Part shown: positions 46,199 through 55,668 of the stretch, piece after piece
Layout of the letters: each line of letters begins with the position of its first letter
How positions within the stretch are numbered: the stretch's first letter is position 1
NCBI GenBank assembly: GCA_964394175.1
Contig: CAYMVM010000003.1
Coordinates: forward strand, 54,605-118,604
DNA length: 64,000 nucleotides
Direction: 5' to 3'
Source of the DNA: an uncultured Bifidobacterium sp.
GTDB taxonomy: Bacteria; Actinomycetota; Acidimicrobiia; Acidimicrobiales; Ilumatobacteraceae
Notes under the pieces: model-generated
Seen by the model: the letters and a program-made list of their open reading frames with translations, nothing else
Told to the model about the DNA's origin: nothing
Databases searched by the model: none
Translations under genes and position numbers: made by a program

Positions 46199-46918
46199 CT
46201 ACACATCGAAAAGGCCCGCCCCTCCATCGCTTTGTTGCACCTCGGCCACGAGACTTTGGTCATTGTTGCGAACACTGTTGACTCTCTCGCTCACTTGACG
46301 CGCTGATAATCGGTGACGTTGTCGAGATGCGACTGCTTCAACGGGGGCATCGCTGTCACACAACCACTCTTTCACCCAATCGACATCAAGTAGCACGGGA
46401 GCCCTGTCGTGCACAAAGGCCACTTCGTTCGGCGCATCCTCCGTGAGCATCGTGAACGTGGGCACATCGCCGGTGACCGGTGACGTGGTCCACAAGCCAG
46501 CGGCAAACGTCAATCGCGAATCGCCGTTGAAGATGAAGAATGGGATCTTCTTTTTTGGATTGTCCCTATTCCACTCGTAGTAGCCACACATCGGGACGAT
46601 GCAGCGATGACCAGAGAGAAGACCCTTGAAGGATGGCTTTTCTCTCACTGTCTCGACCCTGGCATTGATCATCCGAGCCGCACTCTTGTCGTCTTTCATC
46701 CATCGCGGGACGAGACCCCAGCGTGCAATCTCAACCGACACCGAGGACGAGCCGCCGTCACCAGGCTTTCCCATCACCACGGGAAACAACTGCGTCGGGG
46801 CGCCGTTGAAATTGCTGAACTCGTGAACGTCAGCGGTGTGAACGACGTCGAGCTCAGCGGCCTCCAAGGAATCGACGAGTTCCTCCATAGAGAAGTTCGT
46901 GACGAAGCGTCCGCACAT
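46199..46918 (-). CDS. SOS-response-associated peptidase (SRAP/YedK family, abasic-site processing)
   Basis: Starts MCGRF (catalytic Cys2) at 46918. The longer track ORF to 47278 is antisense to the next gene. Confidence 0.88.
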   Translation of the reverse strand: MCGRFVTNFSMEELVDSLEAAELDVVHTADVHEFSNFNGAPTQLFPVVMGKPGDGGSSSVSVEIARWGLVPRWMKDDKSAARMINARVETVREKPSFKGLLSGHRCIVPMCGYYEWNRDNPKKKIPFFIFNGDSRLTFAAGLWTTSPVTGDVPTFTMLTEDAPNEVAFVHDRAPVLLDVDWVKEWLCDSDAPVEAVASRQRHRLSARQVSERVNSVRNNDQSLVAEVQQSDGGAGLFDV

Positions 46919-46990
46919 ATTCACCTCTCCGATCGCGTCTGATGGCCCTTGTATCCACCCGTGTTCGCGTGAACCTACACTCGAGACACG

Positions 46991-47395
46991 ATGAGTTCCG
47001 GAACAGCCACCAACGCAGTACTCCGTCACTGCGAATATTGGAACACCAGACGGCGCGACGAGTGGATGAACTTGTTCTCCGACGCAGTGGTGTTCGAAGA
47101 CCCCGTTGGCGCGCCTCCCAAGCACGGTCCTGAAGCCATTCGGAATTCTTGGGACCGTTCGTTGACACCTGGACGTGAGTGGACCCTTCATCCGGTTCGG
47201 ATCGTGGGGACTGCGCGGGAAGTTGCCGTGCAGATGCACAACAAAGGCGTCCTCGATGGCCGCGAGGTCGAAGTGCACGGTATAGAGATATGGAAGGTGG
47301 ACGACCGAGGTTTAGTGGTGTCGGTCAGGGCCTTCTTCGCTCAACCAACCGACTTCGAACTCAGCCCATATTTCAAGACCGAGAGAACTGACTGA
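46991..47395 (+). CDS. SnoaL-like / NTF2-fold protein
   Basis: 134 aa with ...HCEYWNTRRRDEWMNLFSDAVVFEDPVG..., typical of the SnoaL/ketosteroid-isomerase-like fold. Confidence 0.6.
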   Translation: MSSGTATNAVLRHCEYWNTRRRDEWMNLFSDAVVFEDPVGAPPKHGPEAIRNSWDRSLTPGREWTLHPVRIVGTAREVAVQMHNKGVLDGREVEVHGIEIWKVDDRGLVVSVRAFFAQPTDFELSPYFKTERTD

Positions 47396-47398
47396 TTG

Positions 47399-47473
47399 TC
47401 GGGCTGGCGGGATTTGAACCCACGACCTCTTGTCCCCCAGACAAGCGCGCTAACCAAGCTGCGCCACAGCCCG
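47399..47473 (-). tRNA. tRNA-Pro (anticodon GGG)
   Basis: The reverse complement is CGGGCTG-TG-GCGC-AGCTTGGTTA-GCGC-G-CTTGT-CTGGGGG-ACAAG-AGGTC-GTGGG-TTCAAAT-CCCGC-CAGCCCG-A. This gives a full cloverleaf with a GTTCAAAT T-loop and GGG anticodon. No encoded CCA. Confidence 0.9.
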
Positions 47474-47510
47474 CGACGCGAATGAGTGTATCGGCACTCG
47501 ACCATGAGAC

Positions 47511-47762
47511 TCAGGCGAACAATTGGACGACGCGCCAACCCAGATACAAGATGAGCAGGGACAACAACAGTTTGAAATGCCACGGAAGTTTTTCTGGCTG
47601 AGCCTCGTCACGTTTCGCCAATGACCGAAGGTCAAGCGACTGGGCTGTCACCCGTCCGTGGATGTCAGCGACTTGCACTGCTCGACCGCACAGCGGACAC
47701 GAGCCATCCTCGCGTGCCGCACTCGGAGCGAAATATTTGGCGCACGGCTCACACCACGGCAT
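47511..47762 (-). CDS. Small zinc-ribbon protein with a C-terminal TM anchor (83 aa)
   Basis: MPWCEPCAKYF...GSCPLCGR (CxxC...CxxC) and the C-terminal LLLSLLILYLGWRVVQLF. It starts 3 nt after the der stop. Confidence 0.5.
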   Translation of the reverse strand: MPWCEPCAKYFAPSAAREDGSCPLCGRAVQVADIHGRVTAQSLDLRSLAKRDEAQPEKLPWHFKLLLSLLILYLGWRVVQLFA

Positions 47763-47765
47763 TCG

Positions 47766-49109
47766 TCAGGCCTCGGAACGTTTGCGGACACGCATCTTGA
47801 TCGGTGTCGAACCCAAATCGAACGCCTCGCGAAGACTTCTCTCGAGATACCGCAGATACGGCTGAGGAATCTCTCGATTAACGAACAATGTGAACGTCGG
47901 TGGCTCTGATGCGCCTTGCACCGCGAACACGACACGTGCTCCCCCGCCCGCAGGTTGACGTTGCTGCGCTTCCGCCAAGACTCTGTTCACGTCTTTCGTA
48001 GGCACACGCCGGTTGTACAGCGAAATCGCTTCCTGTAACACCGGACGCAACTTGTGGACGCCCTTACCTGTGAGCGCGCTGATCTTCAACACGGGCGCAT
48101 CTCCGACGAAGTACAACTTGCGGGCCAACTCGGCTTCGACCTCGCGGCGCTGCTCTGACTCGAGCAGTTCCCACTTGTTGAGAACGATGAGTACCGGACA
48201 ACCCGATGCGTCGACACGTTCCGCGAGACGTTGGTCTTGGCTCGTGACCCCGACTGTCGCATCGATCACCAACATCGCGATGTCAGCGAGGTCGATCGCT
48301 TGGAGTGCACGTACAAAAGAGAAGTACTCCGCCGAGTCATCGATACGACTCTTCTTGCGCATGCCGGCAGTGTCGACGAACACCAGCGGACCGTCTTCTG
48401 TCTCCACCAACGTGTCGATTGAATCGCGCGTGGTACCCGGCATGTCGTGAACGACCGACCGCTCCTCACCGACGAGACGATTGAAGAGTGTGCTCTTTCC
48501 CACATTTGGTCGTCCCACCAGAGCCACGCGGGGCACGTCTGAAGGAGTGACTGGTGGGACGATCTCGACGGGAGCGCGCTCCGGCAGCCGCGCAATCACC
48601 TCGTCGAGAAAATCACCGGCACGTCGACCATGAAGTGCTGACACCGGATACGGGTCGCCGAGGCCCAGCGAAAGAAAAGACCAACGATCGACTTCTCTTC
48701 GTTCGTTGTCCGCTTTGTTTGCTGCGAGCAACACAGGTTTTCCGATTTTTCGCAACCAGTGTGCGACAGACTCATCGTCGTCAGTCGGACCGACAGAAGC
48801 ATCGACCATGAAGATGATGAGGTCGGCCTCGCGCACCGCTTGTTCGACTTGTCGGCTCACCTTGTCGTCGAGTGTGCTTCCAGCAGGTTGCCAGCCTCCG
48901 GTGTCGACGATTCGAAATTGGACCCCCAACCACGACGCGATGCGTTCGTGTCTGTCGCGGGTCACACCGGGTCGATCCTCGACGATCGCCGCCTGCTCCC
49001 CGATCACTCTGTTGAACCACGTGCTCTTACCGACGTTCGGGCGACCGACGATGACCACAGTAGGTAGGTCCAGGAGTTCTACGTCAGACATTTCGTGCAC
49101 TCCGAACAT
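47766..49109 (-). CDS. der: Ribosome-biogenesis GTPase Der/EngA
   Basis: Two G-domains (GRPNVGKST twice, DTGG/DTAG, NKAD/NKWE) plus a KH-like C-terminus. The start may be ATG 49091 (MSDVELL). Confidence 0.95.
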   Translation of the reverse strand: MFGVHEMSDVELLDLPTVVIVGRPNVGKSTWFNRVIGEQAAIVEDRPGVTRDRHERIASWLGVQFRIVDTGGWQPAGSTLDDKVSRQVEQAVREADLIIFMVDASVGPTDDDESVAHWLRKIGKPVLLAANKADNERREVDRWSFLSLGLGDPYPVSALHGRRAGDFLDEVIARLPERAPVEIVPPVTPSDVPRVALVGRPNVGKSTLFNRLVGEERSVVHDMPGTTRDSIDTLVETEDGPLVFVDTAGMRKKSRIDDSAEYFSFVRALQAIDLADIAMLVIDATVGVTSQDQRLAERVDASGCPVLIVLNKWELLESEQRREVEAELARKLYFVGDAPVLKISALTGKGVHKLRPVLQEAISLYNRRVPTKDVNRVLAEAQQRQPAGGGARVVFAVQGASEPPTFTLFVNREIPQPYLRYLERSLREAFDLGSTPIKMRVRKRSEA

Positions 49110-50565
49110 CGATGAAACGGGACACGGCGCGTCTCAACACATGACCTCGTGCCGCGATGACTTCTAGTGAGTAGTCGGTTTGAATCTGTGACGCCATCGT
49201 GCCGTCGAGGAACATTCCACCATTGAGACATACATCGGGCAGCAGGAAGTGGACCTTGCGACCAAATGCACTGTGGCGGGTCACCACTTCAGCACAGACT
49301 TCACGAATGTCTTCACCGGTCAAGAGGCCGGCAACCGCCGTGTTTCCGCCGAAATGTCGATTGACGACCTCGTGCACGATGATGCCCTCGTCTCTCCACG
49401 GCTCTAGCAACTCGGTCAAGACTGGTGCAGCGAGCGAACCAGTGAGCACACACAACACGTCATCACTCGACACTGTTGAATCCTCGCTCGCTCTTCCTCT
49501 CCTTCGAGAGGTCGCCGAAAGACTCACGCTCACGGGACGCAATCCGGTGTCTCCAGCAGGGTTCGCTGCTCTCACGTATTCGGTCGGATTGTCCATCGCC
49601 TGGAAAAACCCCTGCATCTCCTCATCTGAACCGACTCCAGAGGTGAATTCCTCGACGAAGCGAGAGGCGATACCGATTCCGTCTTCGATCATGTGCAGGT
49701 CCTCATAGGACTCCAATGGAGGCGTGACGAGTCCAGCGTTCAGATAGAGCTCGTCGGCAGCGAACACCAAGCGACGTCCGATGGTGTGAAGGAAGATCGA
49801 CTGCCAACCCTCCACACGTCGGATCACTGATGCAGCCTCATCTGGCGAATGCACACGCATGCGTTCTTCTGAGTTGTGCTTGCTCAGACCCACTGGAACA
49901 ATCGCGACACTGCTGAGATCGGGGAAGTCTTCCAGCAACGACGACAACGTGTCGTCAAGAATGTCCCCGTCGTTGACACCCGGACACAAGACAATCTGGG
50001 CCCTCACTTCGACTCCCGCGTCGAGTAGCTCACGCAGCCAGCGGAGACTCACTCCACCTCTTTCATTCCTCAACATCTGCGCCCGGACATACGGGTCGGT
50101 CGCGTGCACGCTCACGAAGAGTGGCGACAAGTTCTCGTCCATCACACGTTCGAGATCTGCTTCCGTGAACCTTGTGAGTGTCGTGAAGTTGCCGAACAGG
50201 AAACTCAATCGGTAGTCGTCATCTTTGAGATAGAGGCTTCGCCTCATGCCTTTGGGCAACTGGTAGATGAAGCAGAACTCGCAATGGTTGTCACAGGTCT
50301 GCACCCGGTCAAAGACGGCACTCGACACCGATACGCCCAAGGGCTCGGCTGTGCGTCGCTCTGCATTCAACCGAACCAACGCGTCGGCTCTCTCGACCTC
50401 GAGCGTCAACTCGCCACTCTCGCTGAGTCGATACCACTCGAGGATGTCCCGAGGTTCAGTGTCATTGATTGACACGATGCGATCGCCCACGCGCAGGCCA
50501 ATGCGGTCTCCGAACGAGGCTTCGTCGACCGACGTCACAGTCGGAGTCAACTCATTCACACGCAC
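49084..50565 (-). CDS. PDZ-domain radical SAM protein (DUF512 / COG1625-like Fe-S oxidoreductase)
   Basis: N-terminal PDZ-like GLRVGDRIVSIND, a CDNHCEFC (CxxxCxxC) radical-SAM cluster motif, and a long C-terminal DUF512-like region. The 3' end overlaps der. Confidence 0.8.
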   Translation of the reverse strand: MRVNELTPTVTSVDEASFGDRIGLRVGDRIVSINDTEPRDILEWYRLSESGELTLEVERADALVRLNAERRTAEPLGVSVSSAVFDRVQTCDNHCEFCFIYQLPKGMRRSLYLKDDDYRLSFLFGNFTTLTRFTEADLERVMDENLSPLFVSVHATDPYVRAQMLRNERGGVSLRWLRELLDAGVEVRAQIVLCPGVNDGDILDDTLSSLLEDFPDLSSVAIVPVGLSKHNSEERMRVHSPDEAASVIRRVEGWQSIFLHTIGRRLVFAADELYLNAGLVTPPLESYEDLHMIEDGIGIASRFVEEFTSGVGSDEEMQGFFQAMDNPTEYVRAANPAGDTGLRPVSVSLSATSRRRGRASEDSTVSSDDVLCVLTGSLAAPVLTELLEPWRDEGIIVHEVVNRHFGGNTAVAGLLTGEDIREVCAEVVTRHSAFGRKVHFLLPDVCLNGGMFLDGTMASQIQTDYSLEVIAARGHVLRRAVSRFIDVRSARNV

Positions 50566-50606
50566 ACGTCAGCAGGCTATCGGTGGGTGCTCGCTAGCCT
50601 GTCGTC

Positions 50607-51641
50607 ATGGCCGTCGAGAAAGTGCTCCTCGCGTCGCCCCGCGGATTTTGTGCAGGTGTCGAAATGGCCATCAAAGCCTTGGCATGGATGGTCCGGGCGT
50701 TCGAGCCACCGGTGTACTGCTACCACGAGATCGTGCACAACAAAGTCGTCGTTGATCGCTTTGCCGCACTCGGAGTCATCTTTGTGGACGACATCACGTC
50801 TGTGCCGCCTGGCTATCCCATCATGTTGTCGGCGCACGGCTCTGCCCCCGACGTCGTCGCTGAAGCCCGTCGTCGGGGAAGCTACGTCGTCGACGCCGTA
50901 TGCCCCTTGGTCACCAAAGTTCACCACGAAGTGAAAGTCCGTGCCGGCAAGGGATTCCACATCGTCTACGTCGGACATGTCGGACATGAAGAGGCTGTCG
51001 GCACCATGGCAGTCGCACCCGATTCGATTTCGCTCGTGGAAGATGCTGCGATGGTCGAGCAACTTCCGACCGACGGTGGTCCGGTCGCCCTTCTCGCACA
51101 AACAACGCTCTCCCACAGAGAATGGGAGGAAGTCGCCGTCGCCGTCAAACGGCGGTTTCCCGACGTGTGGACACCAGGTCGAAGCGATCTGTGTTTTGCG
51201 ACGACAAATCGTCAATCTGCCCTCATGAGTTTTGCGTCTGACGTCGATGCATTCATCGTCATTGGTTCATCAAACAGCTCGAACACCCGTGCACTCGAGC
51301 GTCTCGCCTCCGAGGCCGGCTGTCCACGCGTGTTACGAGTCAACGAAGCAGCAGAAGTGCCCGACGATCTCGATGGTGTCGTCGGCGTGACCGCAGGTGC
51401 GTCTGCACCCGAGGAACTAGTAGCTGCGGTCATCGCGAAACTGCGTCCCAGACAGGGCGTGACGGAAGTCCGAGTGACGGAAGAGGACGAGTACTTCCCA
51501 CCTCCGAGAAACATTCGCGATCTCCAGAACGCCATCGACAGAGCGATCACAGTGATGGTCGGCGGTTCACTTCTCTCTGCACCGAAGATGGACGACCGAA
51601 CTGTCGGAGCAAGTGCTGTCCTGGAAGGACTTGTTCGATGA
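50607..51641 (+). CDS. ispH: 4-hydroxy-3-methylbut-2-enyl diphosphate reductase
   Basis: KVLLASPRGFCAGVEMAI, HEIVHN, CPLVTKVH, SSNSSNT. Confidence 0.93.
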   Translation: MAVEKVLLASPRGFCAGVEMAIKALAWMVRAFEPPVYCYHEIVHNKVVVDRFAALGVIFVDDITSVPPGYPIMLSAHGSAPDVVAEARRRGSYVVDAVCPLVTKVHHEVKVRAGKGFHIVYVGHVGHEEAVGTMAVAPDSISLVEDAAMVEQLPTDGGPVALLAQTTLSHREWEEVAVAVKRRFPDVWTPGRSDLCFATTNRQSALMSFASDVDAFIVIGSSNSSNTRALERLASEAGCPRVLRVNEAAEVPDDLDGVVGVTAGASAPEELVAAVIAKLRPRQGVTEVRVTEEDEYFPPPRNIRDLQNAIDRAITVMVGGSLLSAPKMDDRTVGASAVLEGLVR

Positions 51642-52042
51642 TCTCGCCCTCTTATCAATGGTTGGTACTGGTCGTGCATGTCCTCGGCGTGACGGTCTGG
51701 GTCGGAGGTCAGATAACACTTGCGTCGCTTGTGAAGACTCTTCGAGACAACAGTGACGGCATCCTTCCGCTCGTCGCCCGACGTTTCGCACTCACCGCAT
51801 GGCCTGCCTTCGGCGTCATGGTCATCTCGGGTGTTCTCTTGCTCATTGACGTCGATCCAGCCGAACAGGGCACTGCCTACGCGGCGACACTCGCCGTCAA
51901 GCTCGCTCTGGTTTTCGTCGCAGCGACTGCAGTCCTCGCACACTCCATGTCCAATCGTCGTGTCATCATCGCGATCGGTGGCGCAGTCGGATTACTCGCC
52001 TCTTTGGCAGCTCTCGCGCTGGGAGTTCTCCTCGCAGCGTAG
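51638..52042 (+). CDS. Integral membrane protein (about 4 TM, CopD-like topology), function unknown
   Basis: ATGA overlap with the ispH stop. Four hydrophobic segments. Confidence 0.55.
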   Translation: MISPSYQWLVLVVHVLGVTVWVGGQITLASLVKTLRDNSDGILPLVARRFALTAWPAFGVMVISGVLLLIDVDPAEQGTAYAATLAVKLALVFVAATAVLAHSMSNRRVIIAIGGAVGLLASLAALALGVLLAA

Positions 52043-52053
52043 AAACCCCGTCG

Positions 52054-53265
52054 TCAGTTGCGCGGAACCTGACTCCACGGAACTTCACGATCCACACGGA
52101 CATCGCCGGGGAGACCGAGAACTCTTTCACCGAGGATGTTCTTCATCACCTCTGTGGTTCCACCTTCGATGGAGTTTGCGCGCGCACGCAAGAACGCCTT
52201 CTGGAAAGAATCGAAACCCATCGCGATTTCGGGACGAATCATCTCGTAGCTGCCGTACAACTGCCCGTCGAGACCCATCATGTCGACGACGAATTCGTAG
52301 ATGTCCTTGTTCAGATCCGCGCTCGCCATCTTTCCGATCGAACCTTCAGGTCCAGGCACACCGGCTTTTCTCATCTGCGATGCACGGACATTCGTCAGCC
52401 TCAACACCTCAGCACGTATCCACAGCCTCGCCAGTTCGTCTCGCATGACGGGCGTGTGCGTGTCGGACGGTAGTTCGTGCCACTTCTTCACTGCCTGCCC
52501 GATGGGTCCTGATCCACGTGGCGGGGTTGTCCCACCAATCGACACACGTTCATTCATCAAGGTCGTGAGACTCACCCGCCAACCATCACCGGGCTTACCC
52601 AGCATCTCTTTCTCAGGGACACGGACGTCTGTGAAATACACCTCGTTGAATTCCGCTTCGCCAGTCATCTGCCGAAGGGGCCGCACTTCGACTCCAGGAG
52701 CCTCCATGTCGACGACGAAGGCCGTCAGACCAGCGTGCTTCACGGCTTCGGTGTCGGTGCGCACCACCAAGAGTCCCCACTTTGCGAGATGCGCAAGCGT
52801 GGTCCACACCTTTTGACCGTTACAGATCCATTCCTCTCCGTCTTTCACGCCACGAGCGGAAAGTCCTGCGAAGTCTGAGCCCGACCCTGGTTCAGAAAAC
52901 AATTGACACCACACTTCTTCCCCGGTGAAGAGTGGTCGGAGGTAGCGACCGCGTTGCTCGTCACTACCCCACTCGACGACAGTCGGAGCACACATTCCGT
53001 GTCCGATCGGGTTTCGCGCTTGCGGGTTCGGCGCCCCCGCAGCAAACAATCGTTCATTGATACGTCGCTGATGCTTCGGCGACAGCCCCAGGCCTCCGAA
53101 GCCGACAGGGAAATGGACCCATGCCAAACCAGCGTCATACTGCGCTCCGAGGAATTCCCGTGGAGACACTCGAGCGGGTGGGAATGTCGATAATAACTCG
53201 TCGATCAGGGAATCAACCGAGGCTTCCTCGGATGTGACGGACGTTGACACGCGAGTCGAGGACAT
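52054..53265 (-). CDS. Acyl-CoA dehydrogenase
   Basis: FSEPGSGSDFAGL, TTLAHLAKW, IEGGTTEVMKNILGERVLGLP. Start taken at ATG 53265. The track ORF extends further but overlaps the next gene. Confidence 0.88.
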   Translation of the reverse strand: MSSTRVSTSVTSEEASVDSLIDELLSTFPPARVSPREFLGAQYDAGLAWVHFPVGFGGLGLSPKHQRRINERLFAAGAPNPQARNPIGHGMCAPTVVEWGSDEQRGRYLRPLFTGEEVWCQLFSEPGSGSDFAGLSARGVKDGEEWICNGQKVWTTLAHLAKWGLLVVRTDTEAVKHAGLTAFVVDMEAPGVEVRPLRQMTGEAEFNEVYFTDVRVPEKEMLGKPGDGWRVSLTTLMNERVSIGGTTPPRGSGPIGQAVKKWHELPSDTHTPVMRDELARLWIRAEVLRLTNVRASQMRKAGVPGPEGSIGKMASADLNKDIYEFVVDMMGLDGQLYGSYEMIRPEIAMGFDSFQKAFLRARANSIEGGTTEVMKNILGERVLGLPGDVRVDREVPWSQVPRN

Positions 53266-53372
53266 GACATCTCCTTGTTCGGACACACCTTTACGGTGAA
53301 ACCAGCATGGTGAGAGTAGTTCCACATGATGGTGGGGCGAAGAGTCCGCCGTCAGAATTTCGACGTGCTTTG

Positions 53373-54074
53373 TCAGTTGGTCTGAGCCAAGAGCGCCTGA
53401 GTCGAACGTACATCCTCTGCCGACAAAAACGGAACGCACAGCCTCAACGCGGCAACTCGCGCCAGACCCACCTGATCCATCTCGGCCCTGAATGCCGCAA
53501 CCAAATTGTTGAGCGTCCGCAGTGCGACGAGCGACGGGGTCATCGGCATCAGAGCACTGTGCGATTCGTCCAAGGACCCACTCGCAGCGACCAACGACAC
53601 ACATTGCTCGCGAGACATCTCTCGTCCACCGTTGAAGCAGTCCACGTAGATGGTCGAACCTCCATCGGGCACACCAAGCACCACGTGACCGGGCAGACCC
53701 ACCAAGTACGACTGATGCCCGAGATGACCAAGCACAGACTGCGCCACCACGCACAGGGTCAAGGGAATACCAAGTCGGGTCGCCAACACGCGTGTCAGCA
53801 ATGAGTTGTCTGACGCGCCATATCTCGCCTTGTTGCCCGTGAACTTCCCCACCGTGAACAGTTGGTCAAGGATCGATCGATAGTGCGACGAGGAACCGCG
53901 CGCGTCGCAGGTCTCGGCAAGAGTCGCAAGTGATTCTTCGACTGACGACGACGAACCGGAAGGCCGACAATGTTCTTCGATATGCGAGAGCAGACGGACC
54001 GTCGTCCCCGAATCGGCCCCTCCCAGAGCCTCTCCTGCATTGATGAGTTGTCGAAACATGCTCATCGGCTCCAC
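53373..54074 (-). CDS. Transglutaminase-like / SirB1-N family protein
   Basis: SLLTRVLATRLGIPLTLCVVAQSVLGHLG...VGLPGHVVLGV...IYVDCFNGGREMS matches the Transglut_core2 pattern (G-x-P...PGHF...vD.F.gG). Confidence 0.65.
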   Translation of the reverse strand: MEPMSMFRQLINAGEALGGADSGTTVRLLSHIEEHCRPSGSSSSVEESLATLAETCDARGSSSHYRSILDQLFTVGKFTGNKARYGASDNSLLTRVLATRLGIPLTLCVVAQSVLGHLGHQSYLVGLPGHVVLGVPDGGSTIYVDCFNGGREMSREQCVSLVAASGSLDESHSALMPMTPSLVALRTLNNLVAAFRAEMDQVGLARVAALRLCVPFLSAEDVRSTQALLAQTN

Positions 54075-54108
54075 CCCGTCACCGTAGCGTCGTATAACTT
54101 TTGCGTCT

Positions 54109-55662
54109 ATGTACCCCGCCGATCACGCAGCGACCCACCCAGACAAACCAGCGGTCATCATCGCCGAGACCGGTGAAGTCATCACGTACAAGGAACTTCA
54201 TGAATCGGCGGTGAAGCTGAGCAATGTGCTGCGCTCTGCTGGTCTCAAAGTCGGAGACCATGTCGCGTATTGCATGGAGAACCATCGACGCTTCCTCGAA
54301 GTGACGTGGGGCTGTCACTATGCGGGTCTCATCTACACCGCGTGCTCGAGTCGACTCACCAAAGATGAATTGGCGTACATCATCAACGACTGTGGCGCCA
54401 AAGCATTCATCACCACCAAGTACAAGGCAGACCAAGCCATCGAAATTCTCGACATGACCCCCGGTGTCTCGCTTCGCCTCATGATCGACGGGACCGTGTC
54501 TGGTTACGACAGTTTCGAGGCGACTGTCGACGATGCGTCCACGATTTCACTCCCCGAAATGATCAGCGGTCAGGACATGTTGTACTCGAGTGGCACGACC
54601 GGCATGCCCAAGGGAATCAGTCGAGACCTCGAGATGACGCCAATCAGCGAATTCATCGGAGTAGCGCTCGTCGGACAATTCCTGTTCGGCTTCACCCCCG
54701 ACATGGTGTATCTGTCGCCAGCTCCGCTGTATCACGCGGCTCCACTTCGCTTCAACATCGCCGTGACTGCACTTGGGGGGACCACTGTCGTCATGCAGCA
54801 TTTTGATGCTGAGCGATTCCTTGAATTCGTGCAGCGATACAAGGCCACACACACGCAGGTCGTGCCAACCATGTTCATCCGCATGCTGAAGCTCGAAACT
54901 TCTGTGCGTGAGAAGTACGACGTGTCCACCCTCACGTCCGTCATTCACTCCGCAGCTCCGTGTCCTGTCGACACGAAGAAGCAGATGATCGACTGGTGGG
55001 GTCCGATCATTCACGAGTATTACGCCGGGTCTGAGGCCAACGGTTTCGTGTATTGCAATTCCGAACAGTGGCTCGCCCATCCTGGAACCGTCGGAACGGC
55101 CATTCAAGGCGCGGTCCACATCTGTGATGAGGACGGCAACGAGTTGCCGCGCGGAGAATCAGGAACGGTGTTTTTCGAAGGCTCCGCTGCCTTCGAGTAT
55201 CACAACGACCCAGAGAAAACGAAGAACTCTCGCGATCCGAAAGGGCGTGGGTGGTCGACGCTTGGCGACGTCGGGTATCTCGACGAGGACAACTTTCTCT
55301 ACCTGACCGACCGGAAAGCGTTCATGATCATCTCTGGTGGAGTCAACATTTATCCGCAAGAGGCTGAGAACGTCCTCGTGCAGCATCCGAAGGTCGTCGA
55401 CGTCGCGGTCTTTGGTGTGCCGAACGATGACTTCGGCGAAGAAGTGAAGGCCGTCGTTCAGCCCGTCACCCTCCCCGCGAGCGACGATGAAGCGCGCGAG
55501 CTGGCGGCCGAACTCATTTCTTTCTGCCGAAGCAAGCTCGCCGACATCAAATGTCCACGTTCGATCGATTTTCGCGCAGAGTTGCCCCGTCACCCGACAG
55601 GGAAGCTGTACAAGCGTCTCTTGAAAGACGAGTACTGGGCCGCAGCAGGTCGAAAGATCTGA
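54109..55662 (+). CDS. AMP-forming acyl-CoA synthetase / fatty-acid--CoA ligase
   Basis: MLYSSGTTGMPKGI, YYAGSEANG, GDVGYLDEDNFLYLTDRK, PRHPTGKLYKR. Confidence 0.9.
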   Translation: MYPADHAATHPDKPAVIIAETGEVITYKELHESAVKLSNVLRSAGLKVGDHVAYCMENHRRFLEVTWGCHYAGLIYTACSSRLTKDELAYIINDCGAKAFITTKYKADQAIEILDMTPGVSLRLMIDGTVSGYDSFEATVDDASTISLPEMISGQDMLYSSGTTGMPKGISRDLEMTPISEFIGVALVGQFLFGFTPDMVYLSPAPLYHAAPLRFNIAVTALGGTTVVMQHFDAERFLEFVQRYKATHTQVVPTMFIRMLKLETSVREKYDVSTLTSVIHSAAPCPVDTKKQMIDWWGPIIHEYYAGSEANGFVYCNSEQWLAHPGTVGTAIQGAVHICDEDGNELPRGESGTVFFEGSAAFEYHNDPEKTKNSRDPKGRGWSTLGDVGYLDEDNFLYLTDRKAFMIISGGVNIYPQEAENVLVQHPKVVDVAVFGVPNDDFGEEVKAVVQPVTLPASDDEARELAAELISFCRSKLADIKCPRSIDFRAELPRHPTGKLYKRLLKDEYWAAAGRKI

Positions 55663-55668
55663 CGCCAC

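Noticed and set aside
46199-47473. A possible integrated element at the 3' end of tRNA-Pro (adjacent SRAP, SnoaL and HIT genes).
   Set aside because: There is no integrase, no direct repeat of the tRNA 3' end that I could find, no compositional break, and the neighbouring genes are ordinary housekeeping types.
52054-53754. 5'-extended versions of real genes in the ORF track: 52054..53754, 46199..47278, 35492..36388, 31748..33157, 44280..44855, 18633..19481, 19433..20851, 13148..14065 and 37976..40885.
   Set aside because: The extensions overlap neighbouring genes or the riboswitch, and their composition looks non-coding. Internal ATG/GTG codons reproduce canonical N-termini ([30 protein letters not shown]...).
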